Both the position numbers and the translations under genes were made by a program. 64,000 bases of DNA from Octopus sinensis (taxonomy: Eukaryota), in NCBI RefSeq assembly GCF_006345805.1, contig NC_043006.1:20460001-20524000 (forward strand), given 5' to 3'. Position 1 is the first letter of the stretch. Each line of letters begins with the position of its first letter. Shown one piece after another: positions 27,721 through 40,494 of the stretch. The notes under the pieces were generated by a model. It was not told the origin of the DNA and ran no database searches. It was given only the letters and a program-made list of their open reading frames with translations.

Positions 27721-28140
27721 TTAAGACTTAAAAAAAATATATATAAATACTGCAGTCAATTTGTTTGACCCCTGGCAAGGCTGTAATCCAAAGATTAAAA
27801 CAAAATAAAAGGAACAATTCTAAGACTGATTTCACGTTGTACAATGAATCTCATAAAAACATTTTGAGTTCTCAGTGAAATGAGAATATTTTCAAGCTAA
27901 CCAGTCTCAGATTTTTGACTCAACTTTAGGTTCCACATAGTGTCACCATTCTGTTGTGAAATTCCTGTTTACTGCCACTTAAGAATATTGGAAAATATTT
28001 TGAACTCATGAAATCCAATTAGCCTAATTAAAAACAATGTAAAAATTAATGTTGAATTAACATTGAAATATTGTGAAATATTATGTGTATCTATGTATGC
28101 GTTCGTGGGTGTTTATGTATTTGCATATTTATCACATGCA

Positions 28141-28173
<33 letters not shown>

Positions 28174-28909
28174 CATCATCATCATCATTATGGAAAACGG
28201 ACGTTAAACGATGATGATGTGTGTGTGTGTGTGTGTGAGTGCATGTGATAAATATGCCTGCGTGTGTTTGTGTCTGTATATTTGCATCGTTGTGTATGTG
28301 CGTACATGTTTATACATCAGCATGTGTGTGTGTGTGTGTGTGTGTGTGTTTATGTGTTTACGTGTGTGTTTATGTGTGTGTGTGTGTGTGTTTGAGTGTC
28401 TGTCAAAGAAGAAATTAAAGTACAAGAAACAAAAACAATTCTCATTGGCTTAGTTTCCTGTGGTTTGCGTTAAATTAATAGAAAACATCATTGCACATGT
28501 TTCGTTGAAAGCCTGCTAAATGGAAGAAAGAGATACAAAAAAAAAAACTTTAAAAAAGTACAGTGATTCTTTCATTAAAGATGCAGAGAAAGAATGCACC
28601 AATTCTTCAGATTTATTGAAAATCATTACACAGTAACATCAAAATACAATAAAGTTACCAGTGTAGTGAATTTCATAATAATATAATATATATGTGTGTT
28701 ACTGTCTCTTTGCTTTAACACAATGTGATAGTTATAAACAAGTGCCAACGTCAACCAAGTGGTGCCCTTTGTTTGCTATCTTCTGAACAATTGCGGAGAT
28801 CTCTTATACATGAAACCACTGGTTGCTTCATTAACCCACAAAAGAATATTTATCTACCAATGCAGTGTCAAGTACTCATTCTCCCTATCTGATACTAACA
28901 TATATATAT

Positions 28910-28954
<45 letters not shown>

Positions 28955-30449
28955 TTGGTTGTATGGTGTAAACTTCCTGTTTAAATGTGACTTAGATTTA
29001 GAATTTTCATCAAAATTTCATATTAATTTATATTTCAAACACTAACTTAATAACAATAGTTATTTTACTAAATTCTTCATTACTTTCAAGATTAAAGGAA
29101 AGAAAGAGCGTTTCTTCAGCAGAAATATGGTAACCAAAGGCTTAAGAGATAAACAGATAAAATATCTCAAAGAAAATAAGCTCACGTTTGAGATAAGCAT
29201 CTGATAACTGTATGTGTGTGAATATATATATACATATATATATATATATACATACAGCTGTTTATCTTATATATGAGTTTTCTAAGAAGGAAAGCCAGGT
29301 TGCCATAGAAAAACACTGTTGAATATCAGCATGACTGGTTTGAGAGTAATTAACCATTCACTTAGAATATTTAAAAGAAGGGGAAGAGATTTTATTGAGA
29401 AAGAATAAGCTTTATTTCATTCTTTCTTTTACAGAAAATCATCAACAATATGTATACACCTCACAAACCATCAACATGAATTTTAGTATCATTCTCTGAC
29501 ACCAGGAGACTAATTCCATGAATGAGTTTTAACTTTGATGGGGAGGTGAGGTGATGAGTGGGAGATAAAGACATTTGAAAATAATAAAATAGTAATCAAA
29601 TGTTTGATTCAGAATTAACAAGTAATTTTGAATGCGTCTTTTTTGTTCTTTTTTTTTTTAAATCAGAAACATTGGGAATGTTCCAGTGTTGGGATCTTTA
29701 CCTTTTGACCGACAGATTTAAAAAATAATTTTTTGTAACTAAACACTTTCAAACTTTGGACACTGGTAGAATGTGTCATATAAAACATTTTTTACTCTTA
29801 GCGTTTTTGAGAAAAACTTATATTTACGAAGTAATTTCACAGTAAAGTTCTCGTATTTTGGTAATTTCAACCAATCAATGACGTGTATTCAGCTGAATAA
29901 AATTACTGCCGTTGTTTGTCAACAACAACTATCGGCAGTGCATGTTTCGTTTGTCACTGTTATTTATGACATCGTTCGTGCGTTTGTACTGGTTTAGGCT
30001 AGAATAAAATGAAATGAAATGCCTTGTTCAAGGACAGAGTGTGTTGTCCAGTCCAGAGATTGAACTTGTAACCATGGTTGTGAGCTTAACACTCTAACCA
30101 CAAGACCACGCACACAGCTTCACACACACACACAAGCCATTAACATGAATTTATTATTTTGTCTCCAAACCTACACCCTCTTTAACTGCCACCCCCCACC
30201 ATCACCACTCTAACACCTCTTCCAACAACGCAGTCACCACCACCACCAGCACCACACACCAACTGAAACACCGCATACATAAAGATATATATGTCAACCC
30301 TTATGTCACACGCAATAAAGAAGTCTACACATATACCTGAACACTTCTAATAACCCCTGTCCAAACTCACACACAGACACACACACACTACACTTTTACG
30401 TCTCATATGCACAAACACTAAATCATCAACATATAGGCTGGTTATAGAA

Positions 30450-30604
30450 ACAGTTTTAGCACAATTGATTAGGAAGAGAATTAACATAGATGCAATGCAG
30501 TTTGGCCTTGTGCCAAGAAGTTCATCTGATGCCATCTTCCTAGTGAGGCAACTGCAGAAAAAAAGAAAAAAAAAGAAACGTATCTAGCCAGGAATAAGCT
30601 ACTA
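30450..30604 (+). mobile_element. RTE-type LINE reverse-transcriptase fragment
   Basis: Translates VLAQLIRKRINIDAMQFGLVPRSSSDAIFLVRQLQ, then YLARNKLL, matching the QFGF....T.DAIF..RQL.EK RT motif. Confidence 0.75.
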
Positions 30605-30960
30605 TACCTATTTCTTTACTACCCACAAGGGGCTAAACACAGAGGGGACAAACAAGGACAGAAAAACAGATTAAGTCGATTCCATCGACCCCAGTGCGTA
30701 ACTGGTACTTATTTAATTGACCCCGAAAGGATGAAAGGTAAAGTCGACCTTGGTGGATTTTGAACTCAGAACTTAACGGCAGACGAAATACCTATTTCTT
30801 TATTGCCCACAAGGGGCTAAACACAGAGGGGACAAACAAGGACAGACAAACAGATTAAGTCGATTCCATCAACCCCAGTGCGTAACTGGTACTTATTTAA
30901 TCGACCCCGAAAGGATGAAAGGTAAAGTCGACCTCGGCGGAATTTGAACTCAGAACGTAA
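30605..30960 (-). mobile_element. SINE family B tandem dimer (184-bp period), head absent
   Basis: tacctatttc at 30605 and 30789. Confidence 0.92.
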
Positions 30961-31190
30961 ATATCCAGCGCAAATATTCAACCACATCTGTTCAAAATGG
31001 CCAGAGCTTGCTTCTCACACCTACCCTACAATGTCACTCTAAAATGAAAGAATCGCATCATCAAAATTTTGATGCTGCAGCATGAGTCGTGATTAATTCA
31101 ATGCAATGTGAATAAAAAAGAATTACATTCTGACAAAATAATCTGAATGTTAAACGGTTGAAGTGAATTTAGCTGGAAATGGCCAGTTAA

Positions 31191-31395
31191 CCCTTTTACC
31201 ATATTTCTGCTAAATCACACTCTCTTCCTTTTAATTAGCTTTGATAATTACGAAGAATTCATTAAAATAACATTGTCAATTATTCAGCTGGTGTTTGGAA
31301 TGCAATTTAACATGAAATTTTGATGGAAGGTTTTAATTTAAATCACTTCAAAACAGGAAGGTTGTATCATAGAATCAAGGGTGATTTTAGGTGGG
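31191..31395 (+). mobile_element. TTAA/CCC MITE family 3 (related to family 1), about 205 bp, older
   Basis: TTAA|CCCTTTTACC ... GGG|TTAG; decayed relatives near 610-830, 10365-10570 and 26430-26610. Confidence 0.7.
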
Positions 31396-31419
31396 TTAGA
31401 ACTAAGATGGTTTATGCTA

Positions 31420-31500
31420 AAGAGCTAGAAGTAATTGATAGCTGCTGTTACTTAGGAAACATAATTGAAAGTGAGGGTGGATACTACGAAAAACATAGTA
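31420..31500 (+). mobile_element. LINE post-RT fragment
   Basis: KELEVIDSCCYLGNIIESEGGY matches the L..V..F.YLG..I...GG motif. Confidence 0.65.
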
Positions 31501-31557
31501 TGCTGCCAGCCAGGTGGATAAGCTTAGATGATATAACATCACTATATGCATCACCAT

Positions 31558-31797
31558 TAAGGCGGCGAGCTGGCAGAAACATTAGCACGCTGGGTGAAAT
31601 GCTTAGCTGCATTACGTCTGTTGTTACGTTCTGAGTTCGAATTCCGCCGAGGTCGACTTTGCCTTTCATCCTTTCGGGGTCAATAAATTAAGTACCAGTT
31701 CCGCACTGGGGTCGACATAATTGACTTAATCCATTTATCTGTCCTTGTTTGTCCTCTCTGTGTTTAGCCCCTTGTGGGTAGTAAAAAAAAAAATATG
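31558..31797 (+). mobile_element. SINE family B, full length with a 15-bp TSD
   Basis: tatatgcatcaccat at 31543-31557 and 31798-31812. Confidence 0.95.
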
Positions 31798-32199
31798 TAT
31801 ATGCATCACCATCTCCACCAGACTCTAGACAAGAGCTCCTAAGTTGCTAGCTTAGCATTTTTGGTAATGGTATTTATTCCTCCTCAACTGGAACAGACCA
31901 ACTCTAATCAAATCATCAGCAATTATTTCTGGGTTCTATATCTTAAATTTTCACCGAAGAAGAAATTAATAATTTAAGGAAAAAAAAAAAGAAAAAAAAG
32001 TAGTAGTAATAGCAAAAAGCCTTTTTTGCTACAATAACAAGAAGAGACAAAATGATATCTTAAAGATCAATATAAGTAGATTCTTCTGTTTTGACATGCA
32101 ATTTAGTTGTATTACAAATAAACGGTCCTCAGATTGTTTCAACATTTTTAGTTGTGGTTGCTTTTACTGTTTGTTGATTCGCTAGCTTTTGCACGCATA

Positions 32200-32407
32200 T
32201 TTTTTTCTCTCCTTCTTTCTGTGTTTTTTTTCTCTGTGTATCTTTCTGTTGAAGAGCGTAGGCTCAAAACGTTAAAGACTTGTTTCATTTATATTTCCTG
32301 AGCGCCATACTAATACAATTGTTTGTTTGTATTCCACCTGCCTTCGTCTTTTGTTTATTTCCGTAAACCTGCCTTCGTCTTTTGTCTATTTTCATAAAGC
32401 TTACCGT
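32200..32407 (+). mobile_element. Penelope-like terminal-repeat module carrying a hammerhead motif
   Basis: Homologous to 47020-47190 (shared tcctgagcg...aatac and cacctg.cttc.tcttttgt); ends in (TA)n. Confidence 0.55.
32242..32277 (+). ncRNA. Hammerhead-like motif with two core substitutions
   Basis: CTTT-CTGTTGA-A-GAGC-gtag-GCTC-AAA-ACGT-T-AAAG. Stems and ACGT palindrome are perfect; the core reads CUGUUGA and AAAA. Confidence 0.55.
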
Positions 32408-32408
32408 T

Positions 32409-32492
<84 letters not shown>

Positions 32493-32958
32493 TATATATA
32501 TATGTGTATATATATATATATATATCAAATGTAGATTTTTTTTTTTTTGTAGATTTCTTTTCCCTCCACATCTTGTCATATTTATTCACTGAGAATTGTA
32601 AATGATAAAAAAAAATATCCATTCAATAAATTTTGTGTTTATGAATGTCTCAAGTACACATAATATCTCGCCCCCGCCCTTTTTTTTTTTTTTGCTAAGG
32701 ATTGTGAAATGCTCATTTTGATGAATATTGAAAGAAAACATAACGAAAGAAAGTAAAAAAAAACAAAAAACAAATCAAATTTGCCAACAAATAAACAATT
32801 GACATTTATACAACCTTTTATATGTTTTCTCCTAAAATTGTTTCTCTTTATCATATGATAGATATTTTATATACATGCATACATACACACACAAACAAAC
32901 ACACATATATACATACATAAGTACACACACACACACATATATATATGTATATGTATAT

Positions 32959-33003
<45 letters not shown>

Positions 33004-33037
33004 AAAAATATATATATATATATATATATACATATAC

Positions 33038-33084
<47 letters not shown>

Positions 33085-33739
33085 CACTATTTTCATTCTA
33101 TTTTTTTCTAATTTTTTTCATCTATTTTTTCCATCTTCTTCAAGTTTTGATGTTTCCGTTTATTTGTTGTGGTAGGGTTTTTTGCTTCTACAATCATCAT
33201 CGGCATCATCCTCGTTATCATCAAATCTTGCATATATTTTTGACATGATATTCACTGCTACCACCACTAAAACCACCACCACCACCACCAAAACCACTAC
33301 CACCACCACCACCACTCAACTAAGACCTATTCAATCATACATTTTACAGGTTTGTTCATTTATTTATTTATTTATTTCATTTAACCCTTTGTCTTCTAAT
33401 GCAGTAATATGTCTAAAAGCACAAAAGCAGTGCTGATTGCTAGATTCGAAATTTAAATTGGCGTCTGGTACGTTAATTAGCAGTTACCATGGTTATCACT
33501 GCTTCTCCTTCTCCTCCTTAACAAAATCTCTAATTGATCAATGAACACAATCGGATAGCTGTGCGAAGTAATTCTCATTTAATTTACATTTCCTCCAAAA
33601 TCACAGAAAACCAGTGGATGAAAACAAAAAACAAAAAAAAAAACGGTATGGTACAAAGTGACAGTGGATAGCATCCATGTTAAAGAATGGAAATGCCAGG
33701 TCCCAGGATATTAAGCCTTGCAGACAAGATGAGACCATA

Positions 33740-33974
33740 TACCTATTTCTTTATTACCCACAAGGGGCTAAACACAGAGGGGACAAACAAGGACAGACAA
33801 ACGGATTAAGTCGATTATATCGACCCCAGTGCGTAACTGGTACTTATTTAATCGACCCCAAAAGGATGAAAGGCAAAGTCGACCTCGGCGGAATTCGAAC
33901 TCAGAACGTAACGGCAGACGCAATACCGCTAAGCATTTCGCCCGGTGTGCTAACGTTTCTGCCAGCTCGCCGCC
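33740..33974 (-). mobile_element. SINE family B, full length
   Basis: Reverse-complement match to 31558-31797. Confidence 0.93.
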
Positions 33975-35221
33975 TTAGTCGATACCGTCAAGTTTGTCAA
34001 TACCGTCAACCTTGACTAGTACTACAGTTTCTTGACATGGTGGGACGACAAGCAAAATCTATTCAGGTGCATTTTGAACTGAGAATGTCATGAACGGGGA
34101 GAAATACCACTAAGCATTTTGTCCAAAACTCTAATGATTCTTCAACTAGCACACTGCCTTAATAATGACAGATTCTCCTGTCAAAGATGGCGTATGAATG
34201 TTCAGCTTTTGCTGAAAGACCTGCTCAAATGATTTGTTTATAGTGATCAAATGTGTGTTTTATACATTACATATGTACGCATGTATGTATGTATATATGT
34301 ATATGTGTGTGTGTGTATGTATGTATGTAGAAATGTTTATCATGTCCCTTAAGATCACAGTTGAATATTCTCAATATGGCAAACAACAGGTTTCACAACA
34401 TATCAATTGAAATTTGAAGAATTTTCCTTTAGAGAAAGAAAAGACATTACTTAGAAAACAAATTCTAAGCCACATTCACAGTGTTTTCTTCAGAGTTGAG
34501 ATAGCAGAAGAACTCTGGTGAATAGTGCTTTGGGATGTACGAAAATCTGACAGATTCGCAACTGTCAGCAATAAAAGCCATACAGTTTTATTCATGTCTT
34601 TTTCTAAATGTAGATATTTTCGTTTGTGTGCGTGTGAGTGAGAGAGAGAGAGAGAGAGAGAGAATGTGTGTGAATGTGTATACACACACATACACACATA
34701 TATACAAACTCATACATAGGTATTTGCACACACATACATCACATACACACATGTGACTTGCAGTATTGTCCTTGAAAAATAATGCTGTGAAACATTGCTG
34801 TAATGTCAGGAAGGGACCATTATACAATGTACTTAAATCCCCAGGATGATTATTTAGATTAGGGATTAGCTTAGATGCATTAAATAGCATGAGTTATGCT
34901 TCGTTTTGTTTTTAGCTTATTTATATAAACTTTGCCTTAGTTATATTTTTTTTATATCTGTATTATATCTGAATTTCATTTGTTTACGTATTTTTAACAA
35001 ATAACCAAAACAAAGAAAAAGAGACAAAAAAAAAATAAAGAAAGAAACTAAAACTTCAGGACATGTATTTGAATGAAATAATGGTTGGCCTATTTAAAAC
35101 ATCTGTGGTGGTGGCTATGTATGGAGGGCATAGCTAAAGGATGAAGTAGTGGGTAGAGTAAATGGATTGGGTAGCCAACAACACCTTGTTATTCATTGAG
35201 TCGTCATAAATAGCCCCATAC

Positions 35222-35290
35222 TTGTTTCTGGTGGTAGCCACCGACCGAAATACAACACAACGACGGGTCTGTTGACAATTGACGATCCAT
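35222..35290 (-). CDS. Weak candidate alternative first exon, 23 aa (MDRQLSTDPSLCCISVGGYHQKQ)
   Basis: ATG at 35290, donor CAA|GTATGG in phase 0, inside a non-repetitive patch with several CpGs. No other support. Confidence 0.2.
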
Positions 35291-35584
35291 CTAATGGCTG
35301 AACAAGAAAGGTTGCTTGACAAATTGGCTCCAATAACAATTATACAGAGACAAATGGTTTGCTAAGTGGTTCCTTTAATTATATACTGCTGCAACAGAAG
35401 CATTCCTCTGACAATAATGGCTGTGCTTTTGCAGCAATGGCAACAATAATTTAACATAAATAAGAAATGAAGGACATTTTAGGTGGTGGCAACAGCCAGG
35501 AAATTATGATAAAAACTGAGAAGCAAAACTGAAAAATATAACAACAGCATCAACAAAAGGAAAGCAAAATATAGGCATAGGCGC

Positions 35585-35748
35585 AGGAGTGGCTGTGTGG
35601 TAAGTAGCTTGCTTACCAACCACATGGTTCTGGGTTCAGTCCCACTGCGTGGCACCTTGGGCAAGTGTCTTCTACTATAGCCTTGGGCCGACCAAAGCCT
35701 TGTGAGTGGATCTGGTAGACGGAAACTGAAAGAAACCCGTCGTATATA

Positions 35749-35793
<45 letters not shown>

Positions 35794-36000
35794 ATATGTT
35801 TGTGTGTCTGTCCCTCCAACATCGCTTGACAACCGATGTTGGTGTGCTTGCGTCCCCGTAACTTAGCGGTTCGGCAAAAGACACCGATAGAATAAGTACT
35901 GGGATTACATAAGAATAAGTCCTGGGGTCAATTGCTTGACTAAAAGGTGGTGCTCCAGCATGGCCACAGTCAAATGACTGAAACAAGTAAAAGAGTAAAG
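35585..36000 (+). mobile_element. SINE family A, full length
   Basis: Match to 4007-4420. Confidence 0.92.
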
Positions 36001-36177
36001 AGAGAGAGTTTGTTTGGATAACTAGGCGGGGAGGAATAGATTCTTAGGGGAGGAGAAATGCGAGTGGTGGTTGCATTCAGTCCTCTCCAAAAGCTATTTG
36101 GAGTGTGAATTGGTTTGGGGCTGAGAACTGAACTTGTGTATCTGACTTGATATACCGGGAATTTAACTCTCAAACTT

Positions 36178-36370
36178 CATCATCATCATCATCATCGTTT
36201 AACGTCTGCTTTCCATGCTAGCATAGGTTGGAGGTCTGGCGAACCAGATGGCTGCACCAGACTCCAATCTGACCTGGCAGAGTTTCTACAGCTGGATGCC
36301 CTTCCTAACACCAACCACTCCGAGAGTGTAGTGGGTGATTTTACATGCCACCAGCACGAGGGCCAGTCAG
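36178..36370 (-). mobile_element. Family C repeat 3' end
   Basis: (CAT)n cgtttaacgtc.gctttccatgc ... ggatgcccttcctaac. Confidence 0.8.
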
Positions 36371-38930
36371 TCGGTATATATAGGGCGGCGAGCTGGCAGA
36401 ATCGTTAGCCAAGGAACCCAAGCAGTCAGATTGTTGTGTTAAGTTGTGCAATGGATTAAGCCTCAAATCCAAGATGGTCATGGTAGGATTTGAACACAGA
36501 AGACTAAGAACAGAAACAAATATCACAATGCTTCAAATCAGATGTTTTTACAATTCCATCAATCCACCATTTTAGATTGGTTCTTTTTTTTTTTTTACTT
36601 TTCTTTTTATTGATCTCAAAATGATGATAGGTAAACGATGACCTTAGCAGAATTTGAACTCAGAGCAGCGAGTTGGAACAAATACCATGCAACATTCTAT
36701 TTGATACACAAGCGATTCTTCTGATTTGGTGCCATGGAACAAGACAAAACAAATAATGATAATAATAATAATAATAAACGAAGATATTCAACATATCTCA
36801 CCATCGTTTAATATCACTTTGTCCTGAGATTAATGGATTGTATTGCTGCACTATAACAGATGCACTAAATGCCAGAAACAGCAGCCATATCTCCCTACAC
36901 CTCATATCCAAAAAGGGGGCACATTCAGTAATATAGTTCCTCATATATAAAAGGAGATGATCATAGATGGAACACTTTTGATCAGGGGGAGGGGGGGGGT
37001 CTGCTTGATCAAAGGTGATTTGGAACCAAACAATAACCAACATATCTATTCGGAAAAAAAACAAATGGCTTTCTTCATAGTTAACAAATGCATCAACATT
37101 TCCAGCCTTCTTTGTCCTCATTAGCTAAGTGAATAAACACACGACGTTTCCAAAGCACCTGCAACAACTTATCCATCAGATTAAGTGTCCAGTATTGTCC
37201 AGTCCAGTCCAGTCCAGTCCAGTCCAGTCCTGTGAAGGCATTGACAAGTCTTAGTTCATCTAGTACACCTGCTGTCTTGCTGCATCTATCATCTTTTACT
37301 AGACATCACACAACACTCACCCACCTCATAATCTCTTTGTTTTCAGTGACGACACACACCACACATCGCTGCATTGCCGCTAACTTCTCTTTCCACCTCC
37401 ATACAGATCAATGAGGCTTCTCTGTTGCTATTGGATTTCAGCTGGCTGCTTCTACTGCTGCTGCTGCTGCTGTCAATTATTTTCCCCTCTCTCTGTGCAT
37501 GTATGTATGTGCAGATAATTGTGTGTGTGGTGTGTGTGTTTATGTCAGTGTGTGCGTGTGTGAGAGAGAGAGACACACACACACACCTGTTTGTAAAAAC
37601 TAAGACTTCCTTTAATGTAGGACATTGGGCATCAGCAATGAGGCTTCAATGTGGAGAAACAAGAATAACAACAAACAAAAATTTTCAAAAAAAAAAAAGG
37701 AAAAACCCTAAGTAAACAACCACAGAACAAAAAAATAAAACGTACCAATAGCTGGTAGCTGAGTGTCAAATGAACAATAATACATTTGGTAACTTGGCAA
37801 TTTACACCTGTTTCACCTGTTAGTGTCGTGATATAGCACAATGACTGTGTTATGTAATATATAAAAATTACTAATATCAATAGTACCACCCAGAAACATG
37901 AATGACCTACTAAGAGGTGTCATGCTTTCATTAATTATTTTAGGTTTGTATGTAGTTAGACACTTTCCTGACCCCCCCAAACTTGAGCCAGAAGAACAAT
38001 GAGGATGTGAGAGCTGGAGGTGAAAAAGAGTTGCACCAGCACCTAGCTGATACTCATTTTGAGCTGTGTATACTGGAGCAATCGAAAATGAAGTGCCTTG
38101 TATAAATACTTGACCTTCGATGTGGTTGAACAACAAATCTCAACTAGTCAGATTTCACACTTTGGGTTATATACTATCCATCCTTTGGATCGCTGAATGC
38201 AAAACTGTGGCTCAAAAGACCTCCATTCGGGCGATTTTCCTCAGCCACCATCTCATCCCCCCCCCCTTGCATGCCCACCTGCCACAAGGTTACCCATTTA
38301 CAGTTGATGGACTGGAGCAATGTGAAACGCACAGCCGGTTTGGGAATTGAAACCATGGTCTTGTGATCGCGAAACACTAACCACTATGCCCCCGAACCTT
38401 CACAAAATATACAATACACAACCTAGTCCAGGAATTGAAACTACAACTATGTAATGCATAAAAACAAAAATCTACCACTACAATATCTATCTATCTATCT
38501 ATCTATGATCATCTCCTTTTATATATGAGGAACTATATTACTGAATGTGCCCCTTTTTGGAGATGAGGTGTAGGGAGATATGGCTGCTGTTTCTGGCATT
38601 TAAAGGAGCATGAATAAACCGACACTGATCAAAGTGGTGGTGGAACACACACACACACAGTTCCTGTCTGCCATATTCACTCACAAGGCATTGCTTGGTT
38701 CAGATTATAATGCACCCAGTCTAAAACTATGTCTGCACCTGAGTCTGTTTTTGTGTCTATCCTTCTGCCCGTGTGTTTGTCTTTCTATCTTTATCATTAA
38801 CTCACTCACAGAGTTATGATACATTTTGCTCTCTCCGTTTCTGCTCATTTCCCTTTTATTTCCCTATTATTTTATCACATATCATTATTATTATCAACAT
38901 TCTGAGTTCTATTAACGAAACATATAAAAG

Positions 38931-39757
38931 CTGGCAGAAAAGTTAGCACGCCGGGCGAAATTCGTAGCCGTATTTCGTCTGTCGTTGCGTTCCGAGTTCA
39001 AATTCCGCCGAGCACAGAGGGGACGAACAAGGACAGACAAAGGGATTAAGTCGATTATATCGACCCCACTGCGTAACTGGTACTTATTTAATCGACCCCG
39101 AAAGGATGAAAGGCAAAGTCGACCTTGGCGGAATTTGAACTCAGAACGTAGCGGCAGACGAAATACCTATTTCTTTACTACCCACAAGGGGCTTAACACA
39201 GAGGGGACAAACAAGGACAGACAAACAGATTAAGTCGATTACATCGACCCCACTGCGTAACTGGTACTTATTTAATTGACCCCGAAAGGATGAAAGGCAA
39301 AGTCGACCTTGGCAGAATTTGAACTCAGAACGTAGTGGCAGACGAAATACCTATTTCTTTACTACCCACAAGGGGCTAAACACAGAGGGGACAAACAAGG
39401 ACAGACAAACAGATTAAGTAGATTACATCGACCCCACTGCGTAACTGGTACTTATTTAATTGACCCCGAAAGGATGAAAGGCAAAGTCGACCTTGGCGGA
39501 ATTTGAACTCAGAACGCAGTGGCTGACGAGATACCTATTTCTTTACTACCCACAAGGGGCTAAACACAGAGAGGACAAACAAGGACAGACAAACAGATTA
39601 AGTCGATTACATCGACTCCACTGCGTAACTGGTACTTATTTAATCAACCCCGAAAGGATGAAAGGCAAAGTCGACCTCGGCGGAATTTGAACTCAGAACG
39701 CAGCGGCAGACGAAATACGGGAAAGCATTTCACCCGGCGTGCTAACGTTTCTGCCAT
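38931..39757. mobile_element. SINE family B composite: plus-strand head joined to a minus-strand array of four 184-bp units plus head
   Basis: Head(+) at 38931-39012; unit starts at 39164, 39348 and 39532; partial unit 39013-39163; head(-) ends near 39757. Confidence 0.92.
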
Positions 39758-40494
39758 CTCCACCAACTTGCATATGAAGATAGGTTTGGTAGGTATTGTG
39801 ATATGGAGCTATGACGTCACTATCTAAGTCTTACAGCTCAGTTCGCTTTCCAGTTTGAATAAATGAAGTAAAAAATGCTAACATCTTTTGGTGTCTGTAC
39901 GTGAGTAACAGAGAGGAAAGAGGAGAGAGATTGTATGAGAGTGTATACGCGTGTGCGCGAGTCTGTATGTGAGCGTGAATCAACTAAATCAGTTCCACTT
40001 GTGAAATTGGATTCAATAGAATTCTAAACATCTTAATGTGTAACAAATACGTAGGATGACGGGAAGAAAGAAAGAGCCAAGCAGCCAGTGTTCATCCTGA
40101 CATGTGTCCTTTGCGTTTTTAAGATAGTAAGATGTGACTTCAGGGAGACCTAGTTATTATTTCAAACCAGTCGTATCACCTCGCAAACTGTCACATGTCT
40201 CGGATAGCTAATATTTTAGAGACACCGTTATCAATCGGGCAGTTTTTGCATATACGTGTAGGAATTTAATGCAAGGGAAGTAACTCTAAATTTCTATAAA
40301 ATTATCTCCCCTTGATATATATTTTATATATATATATATTTATACTTTTTTTGTGTTTCAGTCATTTGACTTTGGCCACGCTGGAGCACTGCCTTTAGTC
40401 GAGCAAATCGAGCCTAGTACTTATTCTATCAGTTTCTCTTGGCAAACCGCTAAGTGACGTAAACACAGACACACAAATATATATATATATATAA

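Noticed and set aside
37100-37180. Short minus-strand frame MDKLLQVLWKRRVFIHLANEDKEG
   Set aside because: No credible splice donor before the stop codon.
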